Below the pieces are notes generated by a model. It ran no database searches, was not told where the DNA came from, and saw only the letters and a program-made list of their open reading frames with translations. 40,000 nucleotides of DNA. Origin: Samsonia erythrinae. Lineage in GTDB: Bacteria; Pseudomonadota; Gammaproteobacteria; Enterobacterales; Enterobacteriaceae. This document shows positions 29,531 to 38,006 of the stretch, piece after piece. The position numbers and the translations under genes are program-made. Each line of letters opens with the position of its first letter. Position 1 is the first letter of the stretch. The stretch is from the NCBI RefSeq assembly GCF_004342665.1, contig NZ_SMBY01000004.1, positions 177,198 through 217,197 on the forward strand, written 5' to 3'.

Positions 29531-30321
29531 CCGCGGCGGCGTACAGGAAATGCGGGAAGTACGGCATGTTGCAACAGACGTCCCGCGTCAGAGGAAAATG
29601 TTAATCCCTCACTCACGGTTTGTGTCTCCACAATTTTCCCTTCATCCATCACCATGACACGATGACAGAAGCGTTTAACCAGACGTAAATCGTGAGTGAT
29701 AAACAGACAGGCCGTGTCAAACTGCTGTTGCAATTTTTGCAGGAGTTGGATCATGTTGGCCTGCAACACCAGATCGAGATTGGACACGGCTTCATCAAGA
29801 ATCAGCAATTTGGGTTCGACCGCCAACGCGCGGGCCAGACACACGCGCTGGAGTTGTCCGCCGCTCAACTGGGGAGGGCGTTTATCAAAGCAGGCGTCAT
29901 CCAGTTCCACTGCCGCAAGCATTGCTCTGGCCCGTGCGATCTGTTGAGACATCGTCAGCGATAACAGATGTCGCATAGGTTCACGTAAAATTTCGCCGAC
30001 GGTTTTTCGTGGATTCACCGCGCTAATGGGATCCTGAAAGACCATCTGAATCTCCCGATAAAACGCTTTACGCTGCGCACGATTAAGTTGACAAAGTGAC
30101 TCACCGCGCCAGCAGACGCTTCCCTGCGCGGGCGCGGCCAAACCCACAAGCAGACGGGCCAGCGTACTTTTCCCACAGCCGCTGCGCCCCAGTAAACCAA
30201 CCGTCTCACCGCCGCGCAGCTCGAACGATATCCCTTCCAGTACCCGTTGATATTGAGGTTTATCGCCAAAGCGGGTGTGAACATAATGCTGTGAAACAGC
30301 AGAGACGGTGAGTAAGGTCAA
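29521..30321 (-). CDS. nikE: nickel ABC transporter ATP-binding protein NikE
   Basis: 266 aa. Walker [10 protein letters not shown], signature LSGGQLQR, Walker B LLILDEA. Last gene of the nik operon. Its last 10 nt overlap the end of hypF on the opposite strand. Confidence 0.85.
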   Translation of the reverse strand: MTLLTVSAVSQHYVHTRFGDKPQYQRVLEGISFELRGGETVGLLGRSGCGKSTLARLLVGLAAPAQGSVCWRGESLCQLNRAQRKAFYREIQMVFQDPISAVNPRKTVGEILREPMRHLLSLTMSQQIARARAMLAAVELDDACFDKRPPQLSGGQLQRVCLARALAVEPKLLILDEAVSNLDLVLQANMIQLLQKLQQQFDTACLFITHDLRLVKRFCHRVMVMDEGKIVETQTVSEGLTFSSDAGRLLQHAVLPAFPVRRRGQL

Positions 30322-31082
30322 GACGCTAACTCCCTACCATACAAGGCGAGATGCGCCGCCACCAGATTACGGGTTACCACGTGTTGCGGAGCATTGAACA
30401 ACGATTCGACATCGCCTTGTTCCACAATCTGTCCGTTGTTCATCACCGCTACGTCATCCGCCAGTCGCGCGACGACACCCATATCGTGCGTCACCAGCAG
30501 CATGCCGGGTGCCCGATGTTGCATCATACTGTCCAGCAGTTCGAGAAGACGCGCCTGGGCGACAACATCAAGATCGGTCGTCGGTTCATCGGCAATAATG
30601 AAGGGCGCATCGCACAGAACCACCATGGCAATCATCATCCGTTGCAGCATGCCGCCGCTCATCTCAAATGGATAAAGCGTCAGTACACGCTCAGCCTTCG
30701 CCATCCCCACCGCGTGTAACGCATCAATGAGAGTGGCGTCATCTGCGGGTTTACCTAATGCCTTGCACGTTTCTCGCGCATGATCCGCCATGTCGCGCAA
30801 CGGGTTAAAGGCGCTGCGTGGATTCTGCATGATGGTGGCGATGATGCGACCGCGCAGGGTACAGGACGAAATCGTTTTGCCATCCACAAGGAGCGTCCCT
30901 GCCGTTTGTCGAACGCCTACCGGCAAGATGCCAAGCGCTGCCGCACAGGTTAACGATTTACCGCTCCCACTCCCGCCAACCAGCGCCAGCACGCGACCAC
31001 GTTCGAGAGACAGCGAGACGCCGCGCACCAGTGGACGCTCAGCCTGTAAGGCAACGTTTTGCAGGTCAATCCGCTGTGGCAT
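30318..31082 (-). CDS. nikD: nickel ABC transporter ATP-binding protein NikD
   Basis: 254 aa. [16 protein letters not shown] and [11 protein letters not shown] are present. Overlaps the nikE start by 4 nt. Confidence 0.85.
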   Translation of the reverse strand: MPQRIDLQNVALQAERPLVRGVSLSLERGRVLALVGGSGSGKSLTCAAALGILPVGVRQTAGTLLVDGKTISSCTLRGRIIATIMQNPRSAFNPLRDMADHARETCKALGKPADDATLIDALHAVGMAKAERVLTLYPFEMSGGMLQRMMIAMVVLCDAPFIIADEPTTDLDVVAQARLLELLDSMMQHRAPGMLLVTHDMGVVARLADDVAVMNNGQIVEQGDVESLFNAPQHVVTRNLVAAHLALYGRELAS

Positions 31083-31915
31083 CAGTGTGCGCTCTCCATG
31101 TTCAGATGAGGATCAAGGTGATCGCGGAGCGCGTCACCCACCATATTGAAGGCCATCACGGTGATAAACAGGGCCAGTCCGGGCCAAAACATTTGCAGCG
31201 GCTGAGTCCAGATATACTGGCGCGCATCATTAATCATGACGCCCCATTCAGCGGTCGGCGCGGTCACGCCGAGACCGAGGAACGACATTCCTGCAAGGTG
31301 AAGCATCATGTGCCCAATATCCAGCGTGGCCAGCACCAATAGTGAAGGGAGCACCGCGCCAGCGAGATGGTCAATCAAGATACTCATATGACCTGCGCCG
31401 GAAAGTCTGGCGGCCAACAAAAATTCACGCTGGCGCAGCGATATCACCAGACTGCGTACCATCCGGGCATACCACGCCCAATGTGACAACGTGATCGCAA
31501 TAATGACGTTCGTCAGCCCCGTCCCCAAGACCCCAACCATAAAGAACGAGAGAATGGAGGTCGGGAAGGTCATAAAGATCTCGGCGAGACGCATGGCGGC
31601 CTGATCGACACGCCCACCGACCAAACCTGCGCTACCCCCAATGACCAGTCCCAACGTCAAAACCAGTAGCAAACAGATCATGACGGAACCGAGCGACACG
31701 CGAGTAGCCGCGAGCAGACGCGAAAAGATATCGCGGCCAAGATGGTCGGTACCCAGCCAGTGTGAGCCATCGGGCGGGAGCAAACGTGAAGGTAAATCAA
31801 TCGCCTGTGGATCATAAGGAAGCCACCACTGACTGGTAAGCGCAATGATGACCAGCAAAATGATGATAATCAGCGCCAGCCGGACAGACCAATGGGAAGA
31901 TCGGAAAAAGTTCAC
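31082..31915 (-). CDS. nikC: nickel ABC transporter permease NikC
   Basis: 277 aa, Opp/Dpp-type permease. Assigned from its position in the nikABCDE order. Confidence 0.8.
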   Translation of the reverse strand: MNFFRSSHWSVRLALIIIILLVIIALTSQWWLPYDPQAIDLPSRLLPPDGSHWLGTDHLGRDIFSRLLAATRVSLGSVMICLLLVLTLGLVIGGSAGLVGGRVDQAAMRLAEIFMTFPTSILSFFMVGVLGTGLTNVIIAITLSHWAWYARMVRSLVISLRQREFLLAARLSGAGHMSILIDHLAGAVLPSLLVLATLDIGHMMLHLAGMSFLGLGVTAPTAEWGVMINDARQYIWTQPLQMFWPGLALFITVMAFNMVGDALRDHLDPHLNMESAH

Positions 31916-32856
31916 AACGGCGTTCCTTCGTGGCGGCGGATGCGGGGATCCAGCGCGGCGTTTAACAGGTCAACCATCAGGTTGCAAACCACAAAAACGA
32001 TCACCATCATCATCGTCACGCATTGAATCACTGGATAATCACGATTAAAGATCGCCGAAACGGCATAGCGTCCGATGCCCGGCCAGGCGAAAATATTTTC
32101 GATAATCATCGCGCCACCGATAAGTTCGCCAATATGCATGCCAATGGCCGTGACAACCGGTAAGGAAGCGTTACGCAGGATATGACGTCGCTCAGTTTGC
32201 TTTGCGTCGAGTCCGCGCAATCGCGCCCAGGTCACATGACGCTGTCCGGCGACCTCCAACATGCTGGCACGCAATAGGCGGGCGTTGATCGACAACGACA
32301 TAAAGGCGATCGACACCGCAGGGAGAATGAGGTGAGGCCAGCCGCCATAGCCCAGCGCGGGTAACCATCGCAGATAAACAGAAAAGAACATCACCAGCAG
32401 AAAAGCAAGCCAGAAATTGGGCATCGACACGCCAAGGAAAGCAATAAAACGCACGGCGAAATCGGGCAAGCGATTACGATGTCGAGCAGCCCAGATGCCC
32501 AGTGGCACGGAGGTTAGCAAGATTAATACCAGCGCGGCTCCAGCCAGTTGCATCGTGGCAGGCAGAAAATTCAGCACGTCATCCAGGACCGGACGTTGGG
32601 TCGCAAATGAAAAACCAAAATTGAGATGCAATGCCTTCCACAACCAGGTGGCATACTGCACGATAAGGGGCCGATCCAGCCCCAGCATCTCGCGGGTAGA
32701 AGCAACCATCTCCGGCGTGGGAGGCAGATTAGATAAGCGCAGGTAGTCAAGCGCCGGATCGCCTGTGCCCAAATGCAACATCAGGAAGACAATCAGCGAA
32801 GCAGCAAAAATCATCGGAACCAGCAGTAAAAGACGCCGCAGTACATAACGCAACAT
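31912..32856 (-). CDS. nikB: nickel ABC transporter permease NikB
   Basis: 314 aa, [17 protein letters not shown]..., Opp/Dpp-type permease. Overlaps the nikC start by 4 nt. Confidence 0.8.
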   Translation of the reverse strand: MLRYVLRRLLLLVPMIFAASLIVFLMLHLGTGDPALDYLRLSNLPPTPEMVASTREMLGLDRPLIVQYATWLWKALHLNFGFSFATQRPVLDDVLNFLPATMQLAGAALVLILLTSVPLGIWAARHRNRLPDFAVRFIAFLGVSMPNFWLAFLLVMFFSVYLRWLPALGYGGWPHLILPAVSIAFMSLSINARLLRASMLEVAGQRHVTWARLRGLDAKQTERRHILRNASLPVVTAIGMHIGELIGGAMIIENIFAWPGIGRYAVSAIFNRDYPVIQCVTMMMVIVFVVCNLMVDLLNAALDPRIRRHEGTPL

Positions 32857-34433
32857 CAGGGTTTCACCGGCTTAATCTGTTCAAACGGAATGTCCGAAGC
32901 AATGGGTGCATATGGGATCACACCCAATGCAGGTTTGGCGACCACCATCGTTGAGATATAACTGATAGGCAGGTAGACCGCATCATTGTGCAGGCGCGTC
33001 AGAATATCGCGGTACAATGCCTGACGCTGTACTTCATCGGTGGTTTCCAGAACGTCACTAATCGCTTTATCAATCAGAGGTTTGTCTGCTAATCCTTGTT
33101 GCGCCTGAAAATCAGCATGTGAGGGGACGCGCATGGCGCTCATAAAAGCATGTGGATCGTAGGGGGCACCCCAGGTACGGTTGAAAATCATGCCAAAACG
33201 GCCGTCGCGCTGACGGGCGTAAATGCTGCTCTCTTCTTCGCCTATCAGCGCCACTTCGACGCCAATCTGGCGTAAATCAGCCTGAATAATTTCCGCCATC
33301 GACTTGCTCTGCGCATCGGTGCCAATAAAAGACAATTCAATGTGCAGCGGCTGGCCGTTCTTTTCGCGGATATCTTTGCCTACAGGCGCTGTCCAGCCCG
33401 CGTTTTCCAGCAATGTTATCGCCTGTTTGGGATCGTACTGGCGCGGTTTCAGACCAATATCGGCATAAGGAACAGTGGGGGAAAACAAGGTGTCGGCAAC
33501 CTGCTGCGTGCCATACAACACATTGTCGATCAACGATTTTTTGTTTAACGCATAGTTCAGTGCTTCTCGCACTGCCAACTCGTCAGTTGGCGGTTTAGCG
33601 GAGTTCAACGCCAGCATCACCGTCTCAACCGGCGGTGAAAGCTGGGTACGCTGTGTCGGGTACTTGCTGAAGCGCGAGAAGGTGTCGAGCGGCAATATCC
33701 CTTCGTTGCCATAGAGCAGATCGATATCTCCCGTCTCGAAAGCGACAGCGCGGCTCGTTGGGTCCGGGATCACCTTGACTGTGATCTTTTTAATCGGCGG
33801 TTTTTCACCCCAGTACTGATCGTTGCGGATCAGTACATCATATTGATTAAGTTTGGATTCTTTCAACACCCACGGGCCGGTGCCTATCGGCGCGTTAATC
33901 CCTTGCATTGTGCCATTCGCTTTAAACTGAGAAGGGGCGATAAAACGGAAAGGGCGAGGTAAAGCCAATTCTTGCAGGAAGGGGTAATAGGCGCTTTTCA
34001 GGGTGATTTGCAGTTCATTTTTACTGCGTGTTTTCACGTCGACAATCTGGTTACTCAGTTCCAGCCAGGCATGACGCTGGCGATTATCAAGCACCGCTCG
34101 AAAGTTTTCTGCCGCAGCATGAGCATCGAACGTTTCTCCATTGGAAAATTTTACCTTGTCGCGCAAGGTAAACGTCCAGATTTTGCCATCAGATGAGTGT
34201 GTCCAGCGTTCAGCCAACCAGGGAATGACCGAACCGTCCGGTTGATACTTCACCAGAGGTTCATAAACCATGCTCTGGGCAAACATCTGATTAGGTGTGT
34301 AAAGATGCGGATTGAGCGGGCCTACGTTTACTGGCCATGCGATGGTGATCTCGTCAGGCGGTGCGGCTGCCTGAGCAAGGAATGATAGACAGGCCAGCAA
34401 CATAAAGCCTGTGTGGCGTAGTCTGGACAGCAT
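32856..34433 (-). CDS. nikA: periplasmic nickel-binding protein NikA
   Basis: 525 aa. Near-collinear with E. coli NikA as I recall it ([56 protein letters not shown]... to ...[11 protein letters not shown]). Signal peptide ends ...FLAQA|AA. Confidence 0.9.
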   Translation of the reverse strand: MLSRLRHTGFMLLACLSFLAQAAAPPDEITIAWPVNVGPLNPHLYTPNQMFAQSMVYEPLVKYQPDGSVIPWLAERWTHSSDGKIWTFTLRDKVKFSNGETFDAHAAAENFRAVLDNRQRHAWLELSNQIVDVKTRSKNELQITLKSAYYPFLQELALPRPFRFIAPSQFKANGTMQGINAPIGTGPWVLKESKLNQYDVLIRNDQYWGEKPPIKKITVKVIPDPTSRAVAFETGDIDLLYGNEGILPLDTFSRFSKYPTQRTQLSPPVETVMLALNSAKPPTDELAVREALNYALNKKSLIDNVLYGTQQVADTLFSPTVPYADIGLKPRQYDPKQAITLLENAGWTAPVGKDIREKNGQPLHIELSFIGTDAQSKSMAEIIQADLRQIGVEVALIGEEESSIYARQRDGRFGMIFNRTWGAPYDPHAFMSAMRVPSHADFQAQQGLADKPLIDKAISDVLETTDEVQRQALYRDILTRLHNDAVYLPISYISTMVVAKPALGVIPYAPIASDIPFEQIKPVKP

Positions 34434-34468
34434 AGTGTTCCCGAATAACCTATAATACGACTAAATGG

Positions 34469-34496
34469 TTATGAAGATTTTAATCATTTGCCATAC
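34469..34496. promoter_or_regulatory. candidate NikR operator upstream of nikA
   Basis: TTATGA-N16-CCATAC compared with the E. coli operator GTATGA-N16-TCATAC: 5/6 matches in each half-site with exact 16-bp spacing. It lies 36-63 nt upstream of the nikA ATG and contains a TAAAAT -10-like hexamer on the nikA strand. Confidence 0.45.
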
Positions 34497-34815
34497 TTTA
34501 GATGTGTTCTGGATCAATCAAAGCGGGGTCAGTTAAGGCGCTTGTCTCCCGGATTGATAGAGAAGGGGGTGAAAATGCTGTTATTGGCTTTTTCAATATG
34601 ACTCGGACGTACATGTCTGATCATTGGTCATAATCGCCATATTTTCATCATTTTCGCTAACTTTCTGAGTTTTGACTGCCATAGAACACCACTAAATGTA
34701 GGGATAATCAGCCTGTTAAAATATGGCATGCTAATTGCTTTGAATGTCATGACTATTCGGGCATTGCTCTTTGCGATGCATGTTAATAATCATCCTTAAT
34801 ACAAAGGAAAAGACT

Positions 34816-35064
34816 ATGTTTGGAAAAGCAGAAGACAAAGTAAAAGAAATCGCCGGCGAAGCACAGGAAAAGTATGGTGAACTTACGGACGATAGTTGCC
34901 ACCAAGCTAAAGGCGCTGCTCGTAAGTATGCTGCACAAGGCAATCAGGCCGTTCGGGAAGCCGCCGATGTCGTGAAAGAACATGTTGAAGATAATCCTCT
35001 CAAAGCCGTTTCCATCGCAGCCGGTGTCGGGTTACTGATTGGCTTGCTGATCGGTCGCAAATAA
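34816..35064 (+). CDS. small stress-type protein: CsbD-like N-terminus fused to a DUF883/ElaB-type C-terminal membrane anchor
   Basis: ORF 34771..35064 trimmed to the ATG at 34816 (AGGAAAAGACT upstream). MFGKAEDKVKEIAGEAQEKYGELTDDS...AKGAARKY resembles CsbD/YjbJ. The C-terminus NPLKAVSIAAGVGLLIGLLIGRK resembles the ElaB/YqjD tail anchor. Confidence 0.55.
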   Translation: MFGKAEDKVKEIAGEAQEKYGELTDDSCHQAKGAARKYAAQGNQAVREAADVVKEHVEDNPLKAVSIAAGVGLLIGLLIGRK

Positions 35065-35082
35065 ATCATGCTGATTAGGGAA

Positions 35083-35121
35083 GTAACCGGGGAGACTGTT
35101 TTCTCGTCGGTTACTTTTTTT
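35083..35121 (+). terminator. rho-independent terminator
   Basis: GTAACCG (35083-35089) / CGGTTAC (35108-35114): a perfect 7-bp stem followed by TTTTTTT (35115-35121). It begins 18 nt after the stop of the 34816..35064 gene. Confidence 0.7.
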
Positions 35122-35240
35122 ACAACCATATCCCGCCACCATCACGTTGAGCGATATGTTCGGACGCGATCAAATACGTTTTAGCATTAGAAATGCTTAA
35201 ACTCGTGCGGCGCTGGTTGCCCATGAAACAGGGGAGATAC

Positions 35241-35642
35241 GTGTTGTTATTCAGCGATAAGCGTAAAAAAAGTCCCATACTTATCCACTGTCTTGTCTTG
35301 TCAGCGCTGGCAGCGACGCCTGTTGTTGCTCAGTCTTCGGGTATTTATCATCCTATTACCGCGAGGGAACTCTATTTGGGCATAATGGAAGGCGGGCTGG
35401 CCTCGTGGGTACAGGATCCAGCGCAACGTTCTGCGTTGTCCACCGCGATGGCCACGGCTTACGTGCTGGGAACGGCTGACAGTCAAAGGGATAAAAAGTG
35501 GTGTCCGAATCAACGTGTGCACATACAGGCGATGACAGAAACGGTGCTGGATTATTTGGCCGACTTGCCCCAGAACCGACAAGAGGAAGATGCAGCGACG
35601 ATTGTGTCCGAAGCGCTTGGCAAAAGTTATCCGTGTCAGTAG
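35241..35642 (+). CDS. secreted small protein, possibly Rap1a/Tai-family (T6SS amidase immunity-like)
   Basis: ORF 35193..35642. The GTG at 35241 is preferred because GGGGAG lies 4 nt upstream. Sec signal peptide (KRKK, ILIHCLVLSALAATPVVA|QS). The mature ~100 aa carry two Cys. The C-terminal pattern WCPNQRVHIQAMTETVLDYLADLP...SEALGKSYPC resembles the FC.P..vt..q....v..yl..nP...a...v..al...fPC pattern I associate with Rap1a/Tai proteins. The function call is tentative. Confidence 0.4.
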   Translation: MLLFSDKRKKSPILIHCLVLSALAATPVVAQSSGIYHPITARELYLGIMEGGLASWVQDPAQRSALSTAMATAYVLGTADSQRDKKWCPNQRVHIQAMTETVLDYLADLPQNRQEEDAATIVSEALGKSYPCQ

Positions 35643-35750
35643 CCGACGAGGACATCACACCGGTATTGAACTAAGGGAAGAGGTTGCAACGAATTCTTCG
35701 GCAATCGGTGATCAGGGATATGCATGGAAGCCGAGATGAATCTGTGCAAC

Positions 35751-35774
35751 AACGCAATGGATAACGCAATGGAT
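35751..35774. repeat. perfect 12-bp tandem duplication (AACGCAATGGAT x2)
   Basis: Read directly: 35751-35762 equals 35763-35774. Located in non-coding spacer. Confidence 0.9.
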
Positions 35775-36090
35775 AGAGAAGCGCTAAAGATAAGAAGGAC
35801 AATCATGACCTAATGAACCAATACATTCAATTTAACATAATATACATTATGCGAACCAAGGTAAGGATAAGCGAAAACTGAAATTTCCCGTTCTACATTC
35901 ATTGCCGCTGTTATTTACTCTGATGCATCGAGTCAAGTTTGTCTTCTATGCTGTCTGGCTTAACTTGGTCGACTTTAAATAAAAAGTCCGCCTGCAGATA
36001 GTCCTCCTGAATGAGCCTCTCTTCAATTCTCATGACCCTGAATTCCTTTTCCTCTACAATGAAACATCGCTCCCTGTCAGGAAAACCGTT

Positions 36091-36357
36091 ATGCCTCGAT
36101 TAACTCAGAAAGATATGACCGAAAGCGAGCAACGTCAGTTGAAAACTTTGCTCGATCAACAGAGAAAAAAACTCGGTCGCCCACTGACTAATTCCGAAAA
36201 TAACCATATAAAAGACGACTACATCGATAATTTAATGAAAGAACGTGAGGCGGAAGCAAAAAAATCCCGAGCAGAAAAGAAAAAGAACAAATTTAAACCA
36301 GATGTTTCTGCAACGTATGAATGGTCTGCCAATACCAATCTTCGCGGCCGACGTTAA
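36091..36357 (+). CDS. YjbD/DUF3811-like small basic protein
   Basis: 88 aa. MPRLTQKDMTESEQRQLKTLLDQQRKKLGRPLTNSE...EAEAKK...WSANTNLRGRR matches my memory of E. coli YjbD (PRITQKEMTEREQRELKTLLD...RGRR). Confidence 0.5.
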   Translation: MPRLTQKDMTESEQRQLKTLLDQQRKKLGRPLTNSENNHIKDDYIDNLMKEREAEAKKSRAEKKKNKFKPDVSATYEWSANTNLRGRR

Positions 36358-36609
36358 ACGCAATAAAACGCCCATCATATCTTTTTGATAAATATGGATT
36401 ATTTCATAGATCTTTTCATGGCGACGCTCAAGTCGACTTATCATTTTCCTGCAAGATATCTGCTGCCAATTTTGGTTATTGCTCAAATATTTGTAAGTTT
36501 TATCACTTCTTTAAGCGTTTGATTCGCCCTCGTTCAGTCTAAAGTATACCCTGTCGCAGGTTACATTCTCTTTTCTGCTTTAGGTATCATTACAAAAGGT
36601 CTCTTTTGC

Positions 36610-38004
36610 GTGGCAAAATTATTTTTACGTAGTGGAAGTTTGGATGACTTTCTGGCATTGGGTGAAAACGGGCAGCCGGTTTACGCATCCGCACTTCAAT
36701 TGCGGGAAACATTACGTCTCAGAAAGCAGCAGCAGATTGCCGATTGTCTGGCTATCCCTCAGCCCAACGAATATGGCGACCGTATTGATTGGTACTCCCC
36801 GATTGACGGTAAAGTCACCTCCTGGATTGCCGCCAGCGAAGAAGAACGTGAAAAAGCACTGGCGCTTCTGGAGACCTATCAGACGGCGGTTGCTGACATC
36901 AGCCAGCGCGCACAAAGCGCAGAACATGCCGGGCAGAAACTTTTTGGTGTGCTGTTGGCGAAAGCGATTCAGTTTCCCGGCGCAAACCATGTTTATCTGG
37001 TTGACGGTAAGCCGGTTTTAACTTTTTGGGGTTTTGTTAATCTCGATAAGAAATCCCGCGCCGATGCGCTGGACTGCCTGCGCACGGCTGTCAAGGAGAC
37101 TGCCCCTCTGTTGTCTGCGCCGGTCGCGGCGGCAACGCCTCTGGTCGACCCTGAGCCCACGCCCGAGCCGGCGTCGCCTCTCCCGCCAGAGCCCGTTGAA
37201 TCTGTGCCGACGCCGCCGGTTTCTGCCGCTGCGGTTGCCCGCCCTTCTTTCTTTCGCCTGTGGTGGCTGTTACCTGCCGCCGTCCTGTTGACCATTTTGT
37301 CATTGCAGATACGCGGCTGTGTCGCAGAGCAAAATAACAAACCGGCATCTGAACCGGCTGCTACGGCGAAACCAGAAAAACGCGTCTTGCCTTCTTCTTC
37401 CCCCGCTGAACCCGTGGCACCGTCGCTACCGAAGCCGGAGAGCATACCCGTTCCCCCAGCCGAGGAACAAGAAACGGTAGCAGCGCCTGAACCTGTCGTT
37501 GCCGCGCCGCCAGCGGAGATCGCGATCCCGCCGGAAGCCCCGGTGGTTGAACAACCCGCCCCTGCTCCCCTTGTTGAACCGGTCGTGGCGCAGCCTGAGC
37601 CGGCAATTCCCGCAGGTAAGGATGATTTAGTAATGCCTGCTGATGCGGTGAGGATTGGCTCTATCAAATTCCTCAACGGCAATTGGCGCGTCACCGTTGA
37701 CGGCAAAGCCCCGATTACCGGCAGGCCGCCCAGCCTGCGTTATCAAATTCAAAATGGAAAAGGCACCGCGCGTATTACGCATGGTGACGGTGTCACGTGT
37801 CGCACCAATATTGAGGCCGGATTAATGCGTTCCGGCAATCTGATCATTAACAGCCGTTCCAGTGCTCGCTGCTCCGATAATTCTCGCTTCCGCATGCCTG
37901 AGCTGGTTTGTAAACAAGGTGCATCCGGCGCGGCGGCGGAGTGTATCGGTCGCTATGACACAGACGCCGTTTTCCCGATGACGATAAAGCGCGAGAGTAA
38001 ATAA
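36610..38004 (+). CDS. srfA: SrfA-family protein (srfABC 'virulence factor' operon, function unknown)
   Basis: 464 aa, GTG start. N-terminus MAKLFLRSGSLDDFLALGENGQPVYASALQLRETLRLRKQQ is as I recall for SrfA. One hydrophobic segment (res ~213-234) is flanked by Pro/Ala/Glu-rich linkers. The stop lies 2 nt before the srfB ATG. Confidence 0.7.
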   Translation: MAKLFLRSGSLDDFLALGENGQPVYASALQLRETLRLRKQQQIADCLAIPQPNEYGDRIDWYSPIDGKVTSWIAASEEEREKALALLETYQTAVADISQRAQSAEHAGQKLFGVLLAKAIQFPGANHVYLVDGKPVLTFWGFVNLDKKSRADALDCLRTAVKETAPLLSAPVAAATPLVDPEPTPEPASPLPPEPVESVPTPPVSAAAVARPSFFRLWWLLPAAVLLTILSLQIRGCVAEQNNKPASEPAATAKPEKRVLPSSSPAEPVAPSLPKPESIPVPPAEEQETVAAPEPVVAAPPAEIAIPPEAPVVEQPAPAPLVEPVVAQPEPAIPAGKDDLVMPADAVRIGSIKFLNGNWRVTVDGKAPITGRPPSLRYQIQNGKGTARITHGDGVTCRTNIEAGLMRSGNLIINSRSSARCSDNSRFRMPELVCKQGASGAAAECIGRYDTDAVFPMTIKRESK

Positions 38005-38006
38005 TC

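Noticed and set aside
34517-34535. TTGATTGATCC (nikA strand) and a nearby TTGAT, considered as an FNR box for anaerobic nik induction.
   Set aside because: Only one good half-site is present. No TTGAT-N4-ATCAA dyad can be aligned, because the second half matches at most 2/5 positions. I cannot support an FNR site from sequence alone.
35911-36033. 40-codon minus-strand ORF considered as a feature.
   Set aside because: It is too short, has no recognisable family and sits almost back-to-back with the yjbD-like start. I kept it only as a low-interest observation, not as an annotated CDS.
36993-37706. 237-aa minus-strand ORF, plus several 80-130-aa ORFs in other frames, over the middle of srfA.
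   Set aside because: They coincide with the Pro/Ala/Glu-rich, GC-rich linker region of SrfA. Their translations are Gly/Ser/Ala/Thr low complexity. The srfA frame is continuous and is flanked by conserved-looking domains.
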